Source: Acaryochloris marina S15 (GTDB lineage: Bacteria; Cyanobacteriota; Cyanobacteriia; Thermosynechococcales; Thermosynechococcaceae). Taken from it: a stretch of 32,000 bases of DNA. Under the pieces are notes generated by a model. It ran no database searches and had not been told where the DNA came from. It saw only the letters and a list, made by a program, of their open reading frames with translations. The position numbers and the translations under genes are program-made. Positions 1-8,533 of the stretch are shown one piece after another; the first letter of the stretch is position 1; every line of letters starts with the position of its first letter. The stretch covers positions 3,300,001 through 3,332,000 of the forward strand of contig NZ_CP064923.1 of NCBI RefSeq assembly GCF_018336915.1, in the 5' to 3' direction.

Positions 1-102
1 CCACAGTTTTTGTTCGGCGGTTGTCAGATTTAGTCTCAGTCGTCGCGCAGCGGCAACGACTGCTGGGGTCGTGCCGCGAATGCGGTGGTGTTGCGATTTC
101 AT
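1..102 (-). CDS. DUF559 (Vsr-like) endonuclease-domain protein, N-terminal fragment continuing beyond the window edge
   Basis: The reverse complement of 1-102 reads ATG then MKSQHHRIRGTTPAVVAAARRLRLNLTTAEQKLW with no stop. The RxLRxNxTxAEQxLW stretch is the typical N-terminal signature of DUF559 proteins. An AAGAGG-like purine run lies just upstream of the ATG. It is too short to appear in the ORF track. Confidence 0.6.
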   Translation of the reverse strand, partial: MKSQHHRIRGTTPAVVAAARRLRLNLTTAEQKLW

Positions 103-263
103 CTCTTGCCTCTTGTTACCCCTAACCCTATCTCACATCTAGGATAATCATAAACTCTCAAAGTCCCCCAGCATGGGGGATTTAGGGGGCGAATGCAGAG
201 CTTAACGGGACTTTTAAAATAACCTCTCGACGCACCTCATAATGACGACAGAGGGTAACAGCT

Positions 264-560
264 TCAATTTTTGTCCTGTACTGAGCTACTAGATACATTG
301 GGCGCATGAAAGCCAAAACGGTGAACCCCACGGTGCCCAATCCGAATCCCAAAGATTTGGGCATCAGGATAACGTTTCAACAACGCTTTGGCCGCAGTCA
401 GACTCTCATCAGCGACCTCATACGCCCCCGTCTCAATATCAATGGCAACAACCCTGCCGTAGTTATTCGCCTCCACTTGACACCGCACTTGCGAGTCATA
501 GAGTTCATGCCCCCGCCGCGCAAACTCTTCCTTACTATATTTGGGTTGTCGAACCGTCAT
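264..560 (-). CDS. Small conserved hypothetical protein (98 aa)
   Basis: ATG at 558-560 is preceded by AAGGAGG (reverse complement of about 567-575), ending 8 nt upstream. I recall the sequence type (KYSKEEFARRG...VAIDIETGAYEVADE...) from small cyanobacterial hypotheticals, but I cannot name the family with certainty. Confidence 0.6.
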   Translation of the reverse strand: MTVRQPKYSKEEFARRGHELYDSQVRCQVEANNYGRVVAIDIETGAYEVADESLTAAKALLKRYPDAQIFGIRIGHRGVHRFGFHAPNVSSSSVQDKN

Positions 561-1302
561 AGGGGTGCCCTCCTTGCAACGCTACCCCTTGCATCTTAGC
601 TTGCAGATCCAACGCAAAATCGCGCCCACCCACCTGCACCGGATACTCCGACCCCACAAAACAAAAATCACGCCCCAGCTCAATCAAAAAATCCTGAAGC
701 TGCCGCAACAACGCCCGGTGTAAATCCGCCTCCGTATGCCGCTCTGGTAAATCCAGAAACTCCAGCACATAAGCATCCCGAAACACATCCATCGCCATCG
801 GATGAGATTGTGTCACCGCTGGTGACACCTGCACCAGATTCAAAACCGTTTGCTCAAACCGTGCCGCCTTAAACTGCCGCTCCAGCTCCCGCTTCGACCA
901 TTGTTCTTGAATCGCTAACCGCAGGTAAAACTCCCTTTCCTCAGGGTGTTTGCTCTGATTGATAATGATTAAATTATGGGTCCAGGGCAATTGTGTCACC
1001 AGTGGTGTCACTTTTTCATCATCCCGATAGGTCTCATATAGCTGCCACATCCGAAACAAATTCCGCCGCGTAAATCCCCGCAATCCTGGCTGAGTGAGGG
1101 CCAGGTAGTCCGCCAACTGCTGCACCACCCCATCCCCCCACTCCGCCTGTTCCAGCGTCTGGCTAATGTAAGCCCCCACCTGCCAATACAGCTCCACTAG
1201 CTGCGTATTCGCTGTCTGGACAACCTTCTGTTTAGCGGCCTGGATGATCTCTGCCACCTCGGCAAAGCTTTGTTCCACGGCAGGACTGATCGCATCCGTC
1301 AT
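535..1302 (-). CDS. DUF1016 / YhcG-family PD-(D/E)XK nuclease, C-terminally truncated (probably non-functional)
   Basis: The N-terminal DUF1016 helical region is present (LVELYWQVGAYI, LRGFTRRNLFRMWQLYETY). The start of the nuclease core is also present (VLEFLDL...FCFVGSEYPVQVGGRDFALDL). After the DFALDL aspartate motif, the expected hydrophobic strand and ExK motif are missing. The frame runs 22 unrelated codons into the next gene. The start ATG overlaps the hsdM stop as ATGA (1299-1302). Confidence 0.75.
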   Translation of the reverse strand: MTDAISPAVEQSFAEVAEIIQAAKQKVVQTANTQLVELYWQVGAYISQTLEQAEWGDGVVQQLADYLALTQPGLRGFTRRNLFRMWQLYETYRDDEKVTPLVTQLPWTHNLIIINQSKHPEEREFYLRLAIQEQWSKRELERQFKAARFEQTVLNLVQVSPAVTQSHPMAMDVFRDAYVLEFLDLPERHTEADLHRALLRQLQDFLIELGRDFCFVGSEYPVQVGGRDFALDLQAKMQGVALQGGHPYDGSTTQI

Positions 1303-3275
1303 GCCGACAAATCCTCGATCATCTGCTTAATCCGATCCGTGCAGACCTTTAGATCCTGGTCAATCTCCGCCAACGGGCGCGGTGGCTCAAACACATAAAA
1401 ATGCCGATTAAATGGAATCTCAAACCCGACAATCCCCACTTCTCCATCCAGCCCATCGCACTTGCCCTCATCAATCCAGGCATCGGGTACATGGGGTTTG
1501 ACCTCCCGATCAAAATAGTCATAGATGGACTGTCCCAGAGGTACATTCTCATAGTCCCGCAGCCCCGTATCCGGCTCCGGTTTGCCCTTACTCTGGCAAA
1601 TATCCCCCTCGGGATGACGCTCCCCCAGACTATTGAGCAACGCCTTGATCTGCTGCGTTTTTAGCTCTACCTTTTGGCCCTTTAGAGCTGCCTTGAGGTC
1701 TTTGGTAAACTGGCTCCGATTTAGGTATACCGTCTCCCCATCCATCCCACTCAACGCCGTAATCAGCCGATTTTGCACCGCCCCATCCAGCTTTTGCATT
1801 TGCTTTTCCGCCAGTACTGCCTTGACCCGCTCTGCCGTCACCTGAAACGCTAGCCGCAAGGGTCGCTCAATCGTTATTCGCCGATAGCCAAAGGCATCCA
1901 CCGGAAAGATCTTGCTCTGAGTCGTTTCCTCAAACCGACCGTAGATTCGCACCAGGTCCTCAATTTGTTCTTCGTTGAGATACTGCCGCTTACTCCCCAA
2001 GGACTTCCGCATCTTGCTGAAATGCTCTGTGCCGTCAATCAGCTGCACCTGCCCCTGACGTGGCTCTGGCTTGCGGTTCGATAAAATCCACACATAGGTG
2101 GCAATGCCCGTGTTGTAAAACATATCCGTGGGCAGGGCGACAATCGCCTCCACCCGATCATTCTGCAACAGATAGCGCCGAATCTCTGACTCTCCACTAC
2201 CCGCCCCACCCGTAAATAGCGGCGACCCATTGAGAATAATGCCAATCCGGGAGCCACCCTCTTGGGGATCGCGCATTTTGCTAACCAGATGCAGCAAAAA
2301 CAACAGCGACCCATCCGACACTCGGGGTAACCCTGGACCAAAGCGGCCTTCAAAGCTCCGCTGCTTATGCTCATCGGCCACCTGCTTTTGCACCTTCTTC
2401 CATTCCACCCCAAAGGGGGGATTGCTAAGCATAAAGTCGAAGTGGTTAGCCGTGAGCTGGTCTTCTGACAGGGTGTTGCCCAGCTTAATATTGCTGACGG
2501 TCTGGCCCTTAATCAACATATCCGCCTTACAGATGGCATAGGACTCAGGATTTAACTCTTGGCCGTGCAGGGACACCGTTACCTTATCGCTGATGGCCTG
2601 AATATATTCGTCCCCCTCTGATAAAAAGCCGCCAGTGCCCGCCGTGGGGTCGTAGATTGTGACAATGCTATTGGGCTTTAGCTTGTGATCTTGCTCGGTA
2701 ATCACCAACGAGGTGGTCAGATGGACAATATCGCGAGGCGTAAAGTGTTCCCCCGCCGTTTCATTCGAACTCTCAGCAAACTTGCGGATCAGCTCCTCAA
2801 AGATAATGCCCATGCCAAAATTTGTGATGGTCCGAGGGCTAAGATCCGTAGCAGCAAACCGCTGCACCACCTGGTAGAGCAAATTGCTGGTGTCTAGCTG
2901 CAAGACAAATTCATCAAACCGGAAATGCTCAAAGATTTCCCGCGCATCGGGACTAAAGGACTGCACATAGCTCATCAAGTCGTCCGCTGTCTGGGTATCA
3001 GACAGAGTGCCGAGGGACAGGGGTGAGGCATTAAAAAACTGCTGGTCTGCTGCCCGCAATAGTAGCTTCTCCCGCACCAAGTCCGGCTTTGTCTGGTGCG
3101 CTTTCGCTGCCGCCAACACCTTTTCCTTGGTGGACTCCAGCACACATTCCATACGCCGCAACAGCGTAAACGGCAAAATAATGCGGCCATACTGGGACTG
3201 TTTAAAGTCACCCCGCAGCAGATCGGCAATGGACCAGAGAAAGGCGGCAGTTTGGGAGTGATTTTCAGTGTTCAT
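1299..3275 (-). CDS. hsdM: Type I restriction-modification system methyltransferase subunit M (N6-adenine DNA methylase)
   Basis: SAM-binding motif DPTAGTGGFL, catalytic NPPFG motif (MLSNPPFGVEW), the N-terminal HsdM helical domain (FLWSIADLLRGDF) and the long C-terminal tail ending FNRHFYVFEPPRPLAEID, typical of large HsdM proteins. The track ORF begins at a TTG at 3305. The first ATG (MNTENHSQ) is at 3275, and I prefer it. Confidence 0.9.
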   Translation of the reverse strand: MNTENHSQTAAFLWSIADLLRGDFKQSQYGRIILPFTLLRRMECVLESTKEKVLAAAKAHQTKPDLVREKLLLRAADQQFFNASPLSLGTLSDTQTADDLMSYVQSFSPDAREIFEHFRFDEFVLQLDTSNLLYQVVQRFAATDLSPRTITNFGMGIIFEELIRKFAESSNETAGEHFTPRDIVHLTTSLVITEQDHKLKPNSIVTIYDPTAGTGGFLSEGDEYIQAISDKVTVSLHGQELNPESYAICKADMLIKGQTVSNIKLGNTLSEDQLTANHFDFMLSNPPFGVEWKKVQKQVADEHKQRSFEGRFGPGLPRVSDGSLLFLLHLVSKMRDPQEGGSRIGIILNGSPLFTGGAGSGESEIRRYLLQNDRVEAIVALPTDMFYNTGIATYVWILSNRKPEPRQGQVQLIDGTEHFSKMRKSLGSKRQYLNEEQIEDLVRIYGRFEETTQSKIFPVDAFGYRRITIERPLRLAFQVTAERVKAVLAEKQMQKLDGAVQNRLITALSGMDGETVYLNRSQFTKDLKAALKGQKVELKTQQIKALLNSLGERHPEGDICQSKGKPEPDTGLRDYENVPLGQSIYDYFDREVKPHVPDAWIDEGKCDGLDGEVGIVGFEIPFNRHFYVFEPPRPLAEIDQDLKVCTDRIKQMIEDLSA

Positions 3276-3646
3276 CAAAAAAGTCGTTCTATTACTGTTG
3301 ATCAAGGAGACATGAATGACGAGCTGAGGATGGTTGACATCATTGCACCCAACATCGTCCGAAGCATATCAGCTCATGACTTTAATGCTCCTGTTGTCAT
3401 CCTCACTTGTCCTGTAAGTCTTAAAAAAACTTGTTTGAGTCTACCCAATCATCTCTACATCAATAAATGCACGTCCGTGTGCAACTAGAAACCGCTCTAA
3501 ACAGAAATTTCCACTATAAAAAGCAGGACGTTAGTTGCTTGAGGCCATTCTTCTTTTCACCCATCAAGGATAGGAAGATGAGAGCTATTTTTATCAGACT
3601 CCCAGCCTACAATAAGTACTGAACTGATAAAACCAAACCTTCGGTA

Positions 3647-4453
3647 TTGCATAATCTCACCATTGCTCAACCCATCTTGGCCTTAATCGTACTTCAACCC
3701 ATTGACCTAGCTTGGGCATTAGGCTTAATGGCGATAGCCATTGGCCTCTCAGCTTGGCAGCAACTTGACTTGACCTGGAGCTTATTTTTAGCAACCGGTC
3801 GAACGGTTTTACAGCTCATGGTTATGGGCTATGTACTGTGGTTTATTTTTGACTGGAAACATCCAGGTGCAGTTCTAGCACTGGTAGCAGGCATGTTGAC
3901 CGTCGCCAGTATTGAATCTCGCAACCGCATTGGCAAAGATATTCCCCACCTTATCCCCTGGCTATGGGGCTCCATTTTTATCAGTACGGTTTTGACCCTT
4001 AGCTACACATCCATTTTTATCTTGCAACCGGACAATTGGTTTGACCCGCAGTATCTCATTCCCTTAGCAGGGATTGTGATGGGAAATGCCATGAATGGGG
4101 CTGCGATCGCAGGGGAAAGGCTCGTTAAAAGCTTAAAAGCGAATCGCAATGAAATCGAGACCCATCTTTGCCTGGGAGCCTCTCCTCAACAGGCGATTGC
4201 CCAATATCGCCGTGACGCCATCCGTGCCGGACTCATTCCCACAATCAACGCCATGATGGTGGTCGGCCTCGTCAAACTACCTGGCATCATTACGGGACAG
4301 TTGCTCAGTGGAGTCAATCCCCAAGAAGCGGCTTCCTATCAGATACTTATTATGTTTATGCTCGCTTTCGCCACCTTAGTGACAACCTTGCTGGTGGCAA
4401 CAGGGGTGTATCGTCAGTTCTTTAATTCATCAGCTCAGTTGACCCTACCCTAG
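3647..4453 (+). CDS. fetB: UPF0014 / YbbM-FetB family ABC-type (iron export) permease
   Basis: A polytopic membrane protein of about 260 aa with family-typical stretches IPLAGIVMGNAMNGAA, ETHLCLGASPQQA and LIPTINAMMVVGLVKLPGIITGQ. The annotated start is TTG, so the exact start is uncertain. Confidence 0.7.
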   Translation: MHNLTIAQPILALIVLQPIDLAWALGLMAIAIGLSAWQQLDLTWSLFLATGRTVLQLMVMGYVLWFIFDWKHPGAVLALVAGMLTVASIESRNRIGKDIPHLIPWLWGSIFISTVLTLSYTSIFILQPDNWFDPQYLIPLAGIVMGNAMNGAAIAGERLVKSLKANRNEIETHLCLGASPQQAIAQYRRDAIRAGLIPTINAMMVVGLVKLPGIITGQLLSGVNPQEAASYQILIMFMLAFATLVTTLLVATGVYRQFFNSSAQLTLP

Positions 4454-4478
4454 AGGGGGCAGGATTTTCTGAAGTTTA

Positions 4479-5039
4479 TTACTCAGCTTTGACTTCTAGG
4501 CCAATATCAAACATGACTTCTCTAACGCCAGGAATATCTTTAGTTTGAGTGACAATACTACGGGCAATATCAATGTCTTGGACATTGCCAAAAATTTGTA
4601 CCGAACCGCTGGCCACTGCGGCAAAGACTTCTGGGTTGATGTCTGATTGAATGAAAGATTTAATTTCTGGATCAGTAAGCCGTTCAGCTTCCGGCTGAAA
4701 CTGAACATATTCCAGACCTCGGTAGCGCAATCTAGTGGGGTCGATTTTCAGATCTTCATCGAGAACTCGCTGTCGCTGATCTAAGGCGTTGTCTGCTGCT
4801 CCCATTGCCGCCAATTGGGGCAGGTTTAGGGTAAGGGCGGCCACACTATTACCAAACAAGAGTATGCCGACTAGGCAAGCAGCCAAAGCTGAACTCAGCA
4901 ATCGTTGAGACTTCAAAAAAGGGAGTCTCATCAACAGGACAGTGATTGTACTGACAAGAAAAAAGACTAGGAACATGGGGATAGACCAATTCAATACAGC
5001 ACCAGCCAATAGGCCGCATTTCACCGTAACACTTTTCAT
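4479..5039 (-). CDS. Membrane protein with a C-terminal BON-like domain (hypothetical)
   Basis: ATG start and two N-terminal hydrophobic helices. The C-terminal segment GSVQIFGNVQDIDIARSIVTQTKDIPGVREVMFDI resembles the BON pattern (V.L.G.V......A......V.GV..V.N.I). The assignment is weak. Confidence 0.5.
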   Translation of the reverse strand: MKSVTVKCGLLAGAVLNWSIPMFLVFFLVSTITVLLMRLPFLKSQRLLSSALAACLVGILLFGNSVAALTLNLPQLAAMGAADNALDQRQRVLDEDLKIDPTRLRYRGLEYVQFQPEAERLTDPEIKSFIQSDINPEVFAAVASGSVQIFGNVQDIDIARSIVTQTKDIPGVREVMFDIGLEVKAE

Positions 5040-5363
5040 TCTTTTACATTCAGTCTGCTAGACAGAAAAAAGACTGCATGGTAGGAGTTTCAGAGCATGA
5101 TGGTATTCTCTTCAACTCCAGTGTTCGACTATCAAGCGCTTTATCCGTCAACACTCACATTCTGTAAGTCTTTTGAGATCAATTCTGGATCAGCATTCTC
5201 TGGGTTGAATTGTCTATCGTCTCCTCAAAGATGAACTCATGCTGTTTCCAAATTTTCTCAAAACTCCTCTTTCCCTGCCCCTATAAGGAGACCTTCAATC
5301 TATATCAGCCCGAGCAAAACCTTGAACAAAACAGCGCCTAACCATTAGTGCCATAAACCTCAA

Positions 5364-7034
5364 CTAACTGGAGATCGTTGCTTCGTCAGAATTGGAACTG
5401 TAGCCAGCCATCAACTGGTGAAATGCTGGTTCTGAACGCAATGAATCGAGGTCTGCATCTGAGGGTGCGAGGTCACTGACTTTGGGATCGAGATTAAGGG
5501 CCTGACTCAGCATCTCTAAGGCCTTGTCCCTTTGCCCTTGCAAACTAAAGGTGCAGGCTTTGTTATAAACGGCTGTGGCGTTCTTAGGATCTAAAGAAAG
5601 AGCCTGATCATAAGAAGCGATCGCCCCTGCAAAGTCTTGGAGTTGTAGCAAGGCTGAACCTTTGGCAATCCAGGTTTGGGTCGTATCTGCCCGCAGATTC
5701 AAGGCATGGTCATAGCAGCGAACTGCTCGCTCATACTGATGCTGGGGCATCAATGCAAGTCCTTTTAAGTACCATGCATTCCAAGAGGATGGATCAATAT
5801 AGGCAGCTCGATCGAAGCTATCAATCGCCGCCTCATATTGGGCCAGGTGATAGTGGGCTAAGCCGTGATCGCACCAAATATTGGCATTTTCAGGGTCCAG
5901 GGCGAGGGCCTGATCATAGTCGGCAATTTCATCTTCATATCGCTGTAATCCTCGCTGAGCTCGACCTCGATGCACCCAAGCTAAGGCTTGATCGGACTGG
6001 AGATGCAGGGTTTCGTCAAAGGCTGCGATCGCATGTTCGTATTGCTGCATCAATAACAGGGCAATCCCCCGCGCATGCCAGGTATCGGCATCGGGTTTTA
6101 ATTGAATGGCCTGGTGAAAGGCAGCTTCGGCAGCTTCATATTGATGATCTTCGAGGAGCAGCTGTCCCCGGTGATACCAATATTGGGGCTGATCGGGATT
6201 GGCTTGGACTGCTTGTTCTGAGTTTGTGATCGCACGCTGCAACTCCGCCGTTTCCTTAGACTGCCCTTGGTTTTGAGGGTTAAGACGTTGACCAATGACT
6301 ATGGTTGCCACCAGTATCACGAGCGGTAACCAGGTCCACTGGCGAAACACTAAATATCCAATTCTAGAAAACAACACCGGGATACCGAGTTGCTGACTCA
6401 AGCCATACACAATTCCCCAAAAGGCGGCATTGGCAGCAGGCACAAACCACAACAAAACAAATAGGACTAGAAAACCGTAACGGCTGTACTTCCTTGCTTG
6501 TTTCTGCAGAGGTGGGGAGAGCCAAGGCTCAATAATCCCAAAGCCATCTAAAGAGGGGATAGGTAACAGATTTAAAACGGCACCTGCAACTTCCAACATC
6601 CCTAAAAATGCAAGTGCTAACCACACTTGATCTTGGGTGGTCAGGGTTTCTAACTCAAAGGTTCCTAAATTTATCGAGGTTTCCAAAGTCTCCAGCGGAT
6701 TCCCTAACCGAAAAGGCACTGCCAATAACAACGCCACCATAAACGTTGCTGCAGGCCCTGCTGCAGACATGGCACTATCCCACCAACGATTCCGAATCAG
6801 GCTGCGATTGATATAGACTGCTCCCCCTGGCAACGGGATGCCACCAATCAGCAGAAAGACAATCGGCATCACCAAGCTCAGGGAAACATCCGTGTACTTA
6901 AGGGGATTAAGGGTGAGGTACCCCTTATCTTTGACCGTTTTATCTCCACCCCAGTAGGCAATAATGGCATGTCCAAATTCGTGCAGACAAACAGAGACAA
7001 TCCATCCCAAGAAAACGATGAGGGTAACAATCAC
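5364..7034 (-). CDS. M50-family (site-2-protease-like) membrane metalloprotease fused to about 7 TPR repeats
   Basis: HEFGH zinc motif at residues 18-22, and the second S2P motif NLLPIPSLDG. Multiple TM helices are followed by repeated TPR-like units (WYHRG..YEAA..AF..A..L.P). GTG start, 24 nt downstream of the preceding gene's stop. Confidence 0.8.
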   Translation of the reverse strand: MIVTLIVFLGWIVSVCLHEFGHAIIAYWGGDKTVKDKGYLTLNPLKYTDVSLSLVMPIVFLLIGGIPLPGGAVYINRSLIRNRWWDSAMSAAGPAATFMVALLLAVPFRLGNPLETLETSINLGTFELETLTTQDQVWLALAFLGMLEVAGAVLNLLPIPSLDGFGIIEPWLSPPLQKQARKYSRYGFLVLFVLLWFVPAANAAFWGIVYGLSQQLGIPVLFSRIGYLVFRQWTWLPLVILVATIVIGQRLNPQNQGQSKETAELQRAITNSEQAVQANPDQPQYWYHRGQLLLEDHQYEAAEAAFHQAIQLKPDADTWHARGIALLLMQQYEHAIAAFDETLHLQSDQALAWVHRGRAQRGLQRYEDEIADYDQALALDPENANIWCDHGLAHYHLAQYEAAIDSFDRAAYIDPSSWNAWYLKGLALMPQHQYERAVRCYDHALNLRADTTQTWIAKGSALLQLQDFAGAIASYDQALSLDPKNATAVYNKACTFSLQGQRDKALEMLSQALNLDPKVSDLAPSDADLDSLRSEPAFHQLMAGYSSNSDEATISS

Positions 7035-7057
7035 AACGGCGGTTTCATTCCTGTCGG

Positions 7058-8365
7058 TCAGCTCGCAAATATCGTAAACGTGCCATAGGTCAACGCACTG
7101 GTTACCAATAATAGGGTCGGAACGGCCAAAGTAGCACTTTGCTCTGACAAATTATTAACTTGAGAGCAGCCCACGTACAGCATCAAAACCGCATCACACC
7201 CCAAATAGAATGTAGCGATCCAAACACCAGCCGCCCCAAATTGAATGACCAACCCACTTAAAAACATCAACAGACTCAGGGGTAACAGCGTTGCCCCACT
7301 GATAAAGATATCGCTGGCCCAACTACCCCGAGTTCGTGTCAGACTGCGGGCAAGTTGATTTAGAAAAATCAAGCTAAAAAACGGCATCGCGCCGAGTACA
7401 AACCGTTCTCCCAAGGTGACCGAACTAAAGACAATCGGAAATAGGTTAGCGGCTAACACACAACCCATTAGGGAGAGGCCCCCATAGCCTAACCCCACTT
7501 CAGTGGCCCGTCTGGCAGACAAGCGGGCAAAAGTGGACAACAACCCACCACTCGGGTTCCAAAAAAATTCAGGAATCGTCGTAAAAATATCCTGTAAGAG
7601 ACCTTGTTCCCTGAATCCTTTTCTTTTGACTTTAACCTCAGATTTCGGGCGGGGACTGCGACCCATCTCTTGCAAGATCACTTGCACTCGGTGGACTTCA
7701 TCCGGCTCACCTTGGGCTTCAAATAGTTGCGCGGCCCGGCTTAAGTCTTCACGGGCCAACTTTTCTTCCTGCATTTCCAGGCGAGCCCGCCCACGGTGCA
7801 ACCAGGCTTGGGCATACTCTTCGTCTAGGGCAAGGGCCTGGCTATAGGATGCGATGGCAGCGGGGGCAGATCCTAACTGCAATCGGGCTCTACCCTGATA
7901 ATAATAAGCCTGGGCAACCGTATCATCTAAACCCAGAATCTCCGCACATTCTGCCAGTACCCCTTCATCATCCCCTTGAACAAACCGCACCTGGCACCGT
8001 TTGAGATAGGCATCCAAAAATTCTGGATCCGATTCAATCGCACGGGTGTAATCCTGAATGGCCCCTACATAATCTCTTTCTGCAGCCTTTTGGGTCCCTC
8101 GGGCATACAGAGCTTGAGCTGTCGTCAGACCATTGCTACCATCTGCATGAATAAATTCATCCGCTTGGCTAGAAGGATGGAGAGCGCTAGAAATAATGTC
8201 ATAGGCTTCGCTCAATCGCTGAAACTCAGCTTCAGCACTTGGGTTATCCGGGTGCAGATCCGGATGGCATGTTCTAGCCTGACGCCGAAACGCAGCCTTA
8301 AGCTCGGCAGGCGTAACATCCGCAGAAACATGCAGCAGTTGGAAGTAAGGTTGCAAATCTGCCAT
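7058..8365 (-). CDS. J-domain (DnaJ-like) protein with central TPR repeats and a C-terminal polytopic membrane domain
   Basis: J-domain signature AFRRQARTCHPDLHPDN...FQRLSEAYDII containing the HPD tripeptide. TPR units follow (YARGTQK...YTRAIESDP, YYYQGRARL...YSQALALD, WLHRGRARL). The last ~150 aa are strongly hydrophobic. Confidence 0.8.
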   Translation of the reverse strand: MADLQPYFQLLHVSADVTPAELKAAFRRQARTCHPDLHPDNPSAEAEFQRLSEAYDIISSALHPSSQADEFIHADGSNGLTTAQALYARGTQKAAERDYVGAIQDYTRAIESDPEFLDAYLKRCQVRFVQGDDEGVLAECAEILGLDDTVAQAYYYQGRARLQLGSAPAAIASYSQALALDEEYAQAWLHRGRARLEMQEEKLAREDLSRAAQLFEAQGEPDEVHRVQVILQEMGRSPRPKSEVKVKRKGFREQGLLQDIFTTIPEFFWNPSGGLLSTFARLSARRATEVGLGYGGLSLMGCVLAANLFPIVFSSVTLGERFVLGAMPFFSLIFLNQLARSLTRTRGSWASDIFISGATLLPLSLLMFLSGLVIQFGAAGVWIATFYLGCDAVLMLYVGCSQVNNLSEQSATLAVPTLLLVTSALTYGTFTIFAS

Positions 8366-8533
8366 TAAAGTCTAAATTCAGGATTGATGCCGCTTGATGA
8401 GCAAATTCTAGTTCAGAATACGTTAATTAGTTCCCCGTAAGCCATCCCTTCACAAGGCTACTGGCATACTTCTAGAGACCAGATATAAGGCGCTCTTTCA
8501 CAACCCTATCAAGACAACCAACGGAATGCCCAC

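Noticed and set aside
182-364. 60-aa minus-strand ORF overlapping the 3' end of the 98-aa gene, and the 97-aa plus-strand ORF at 306-599.
   Set aside because: Both overlap the better-supported 98-aa gene (strong SD, recognisable sequence type) and have no start context of their own.
3312-3488. 58-aa ORF (MNDELRMVDII...CTSVCN) in the hsdM/fetB divergent region, with AAGGAG just upstream.
   Set aside because: The SD-to-ATG spacing is only about 2 nt and there is no recognisable family. The four cysteines do not form a standard zinc-ribbon spacing. It cannot be supported without conservation data.
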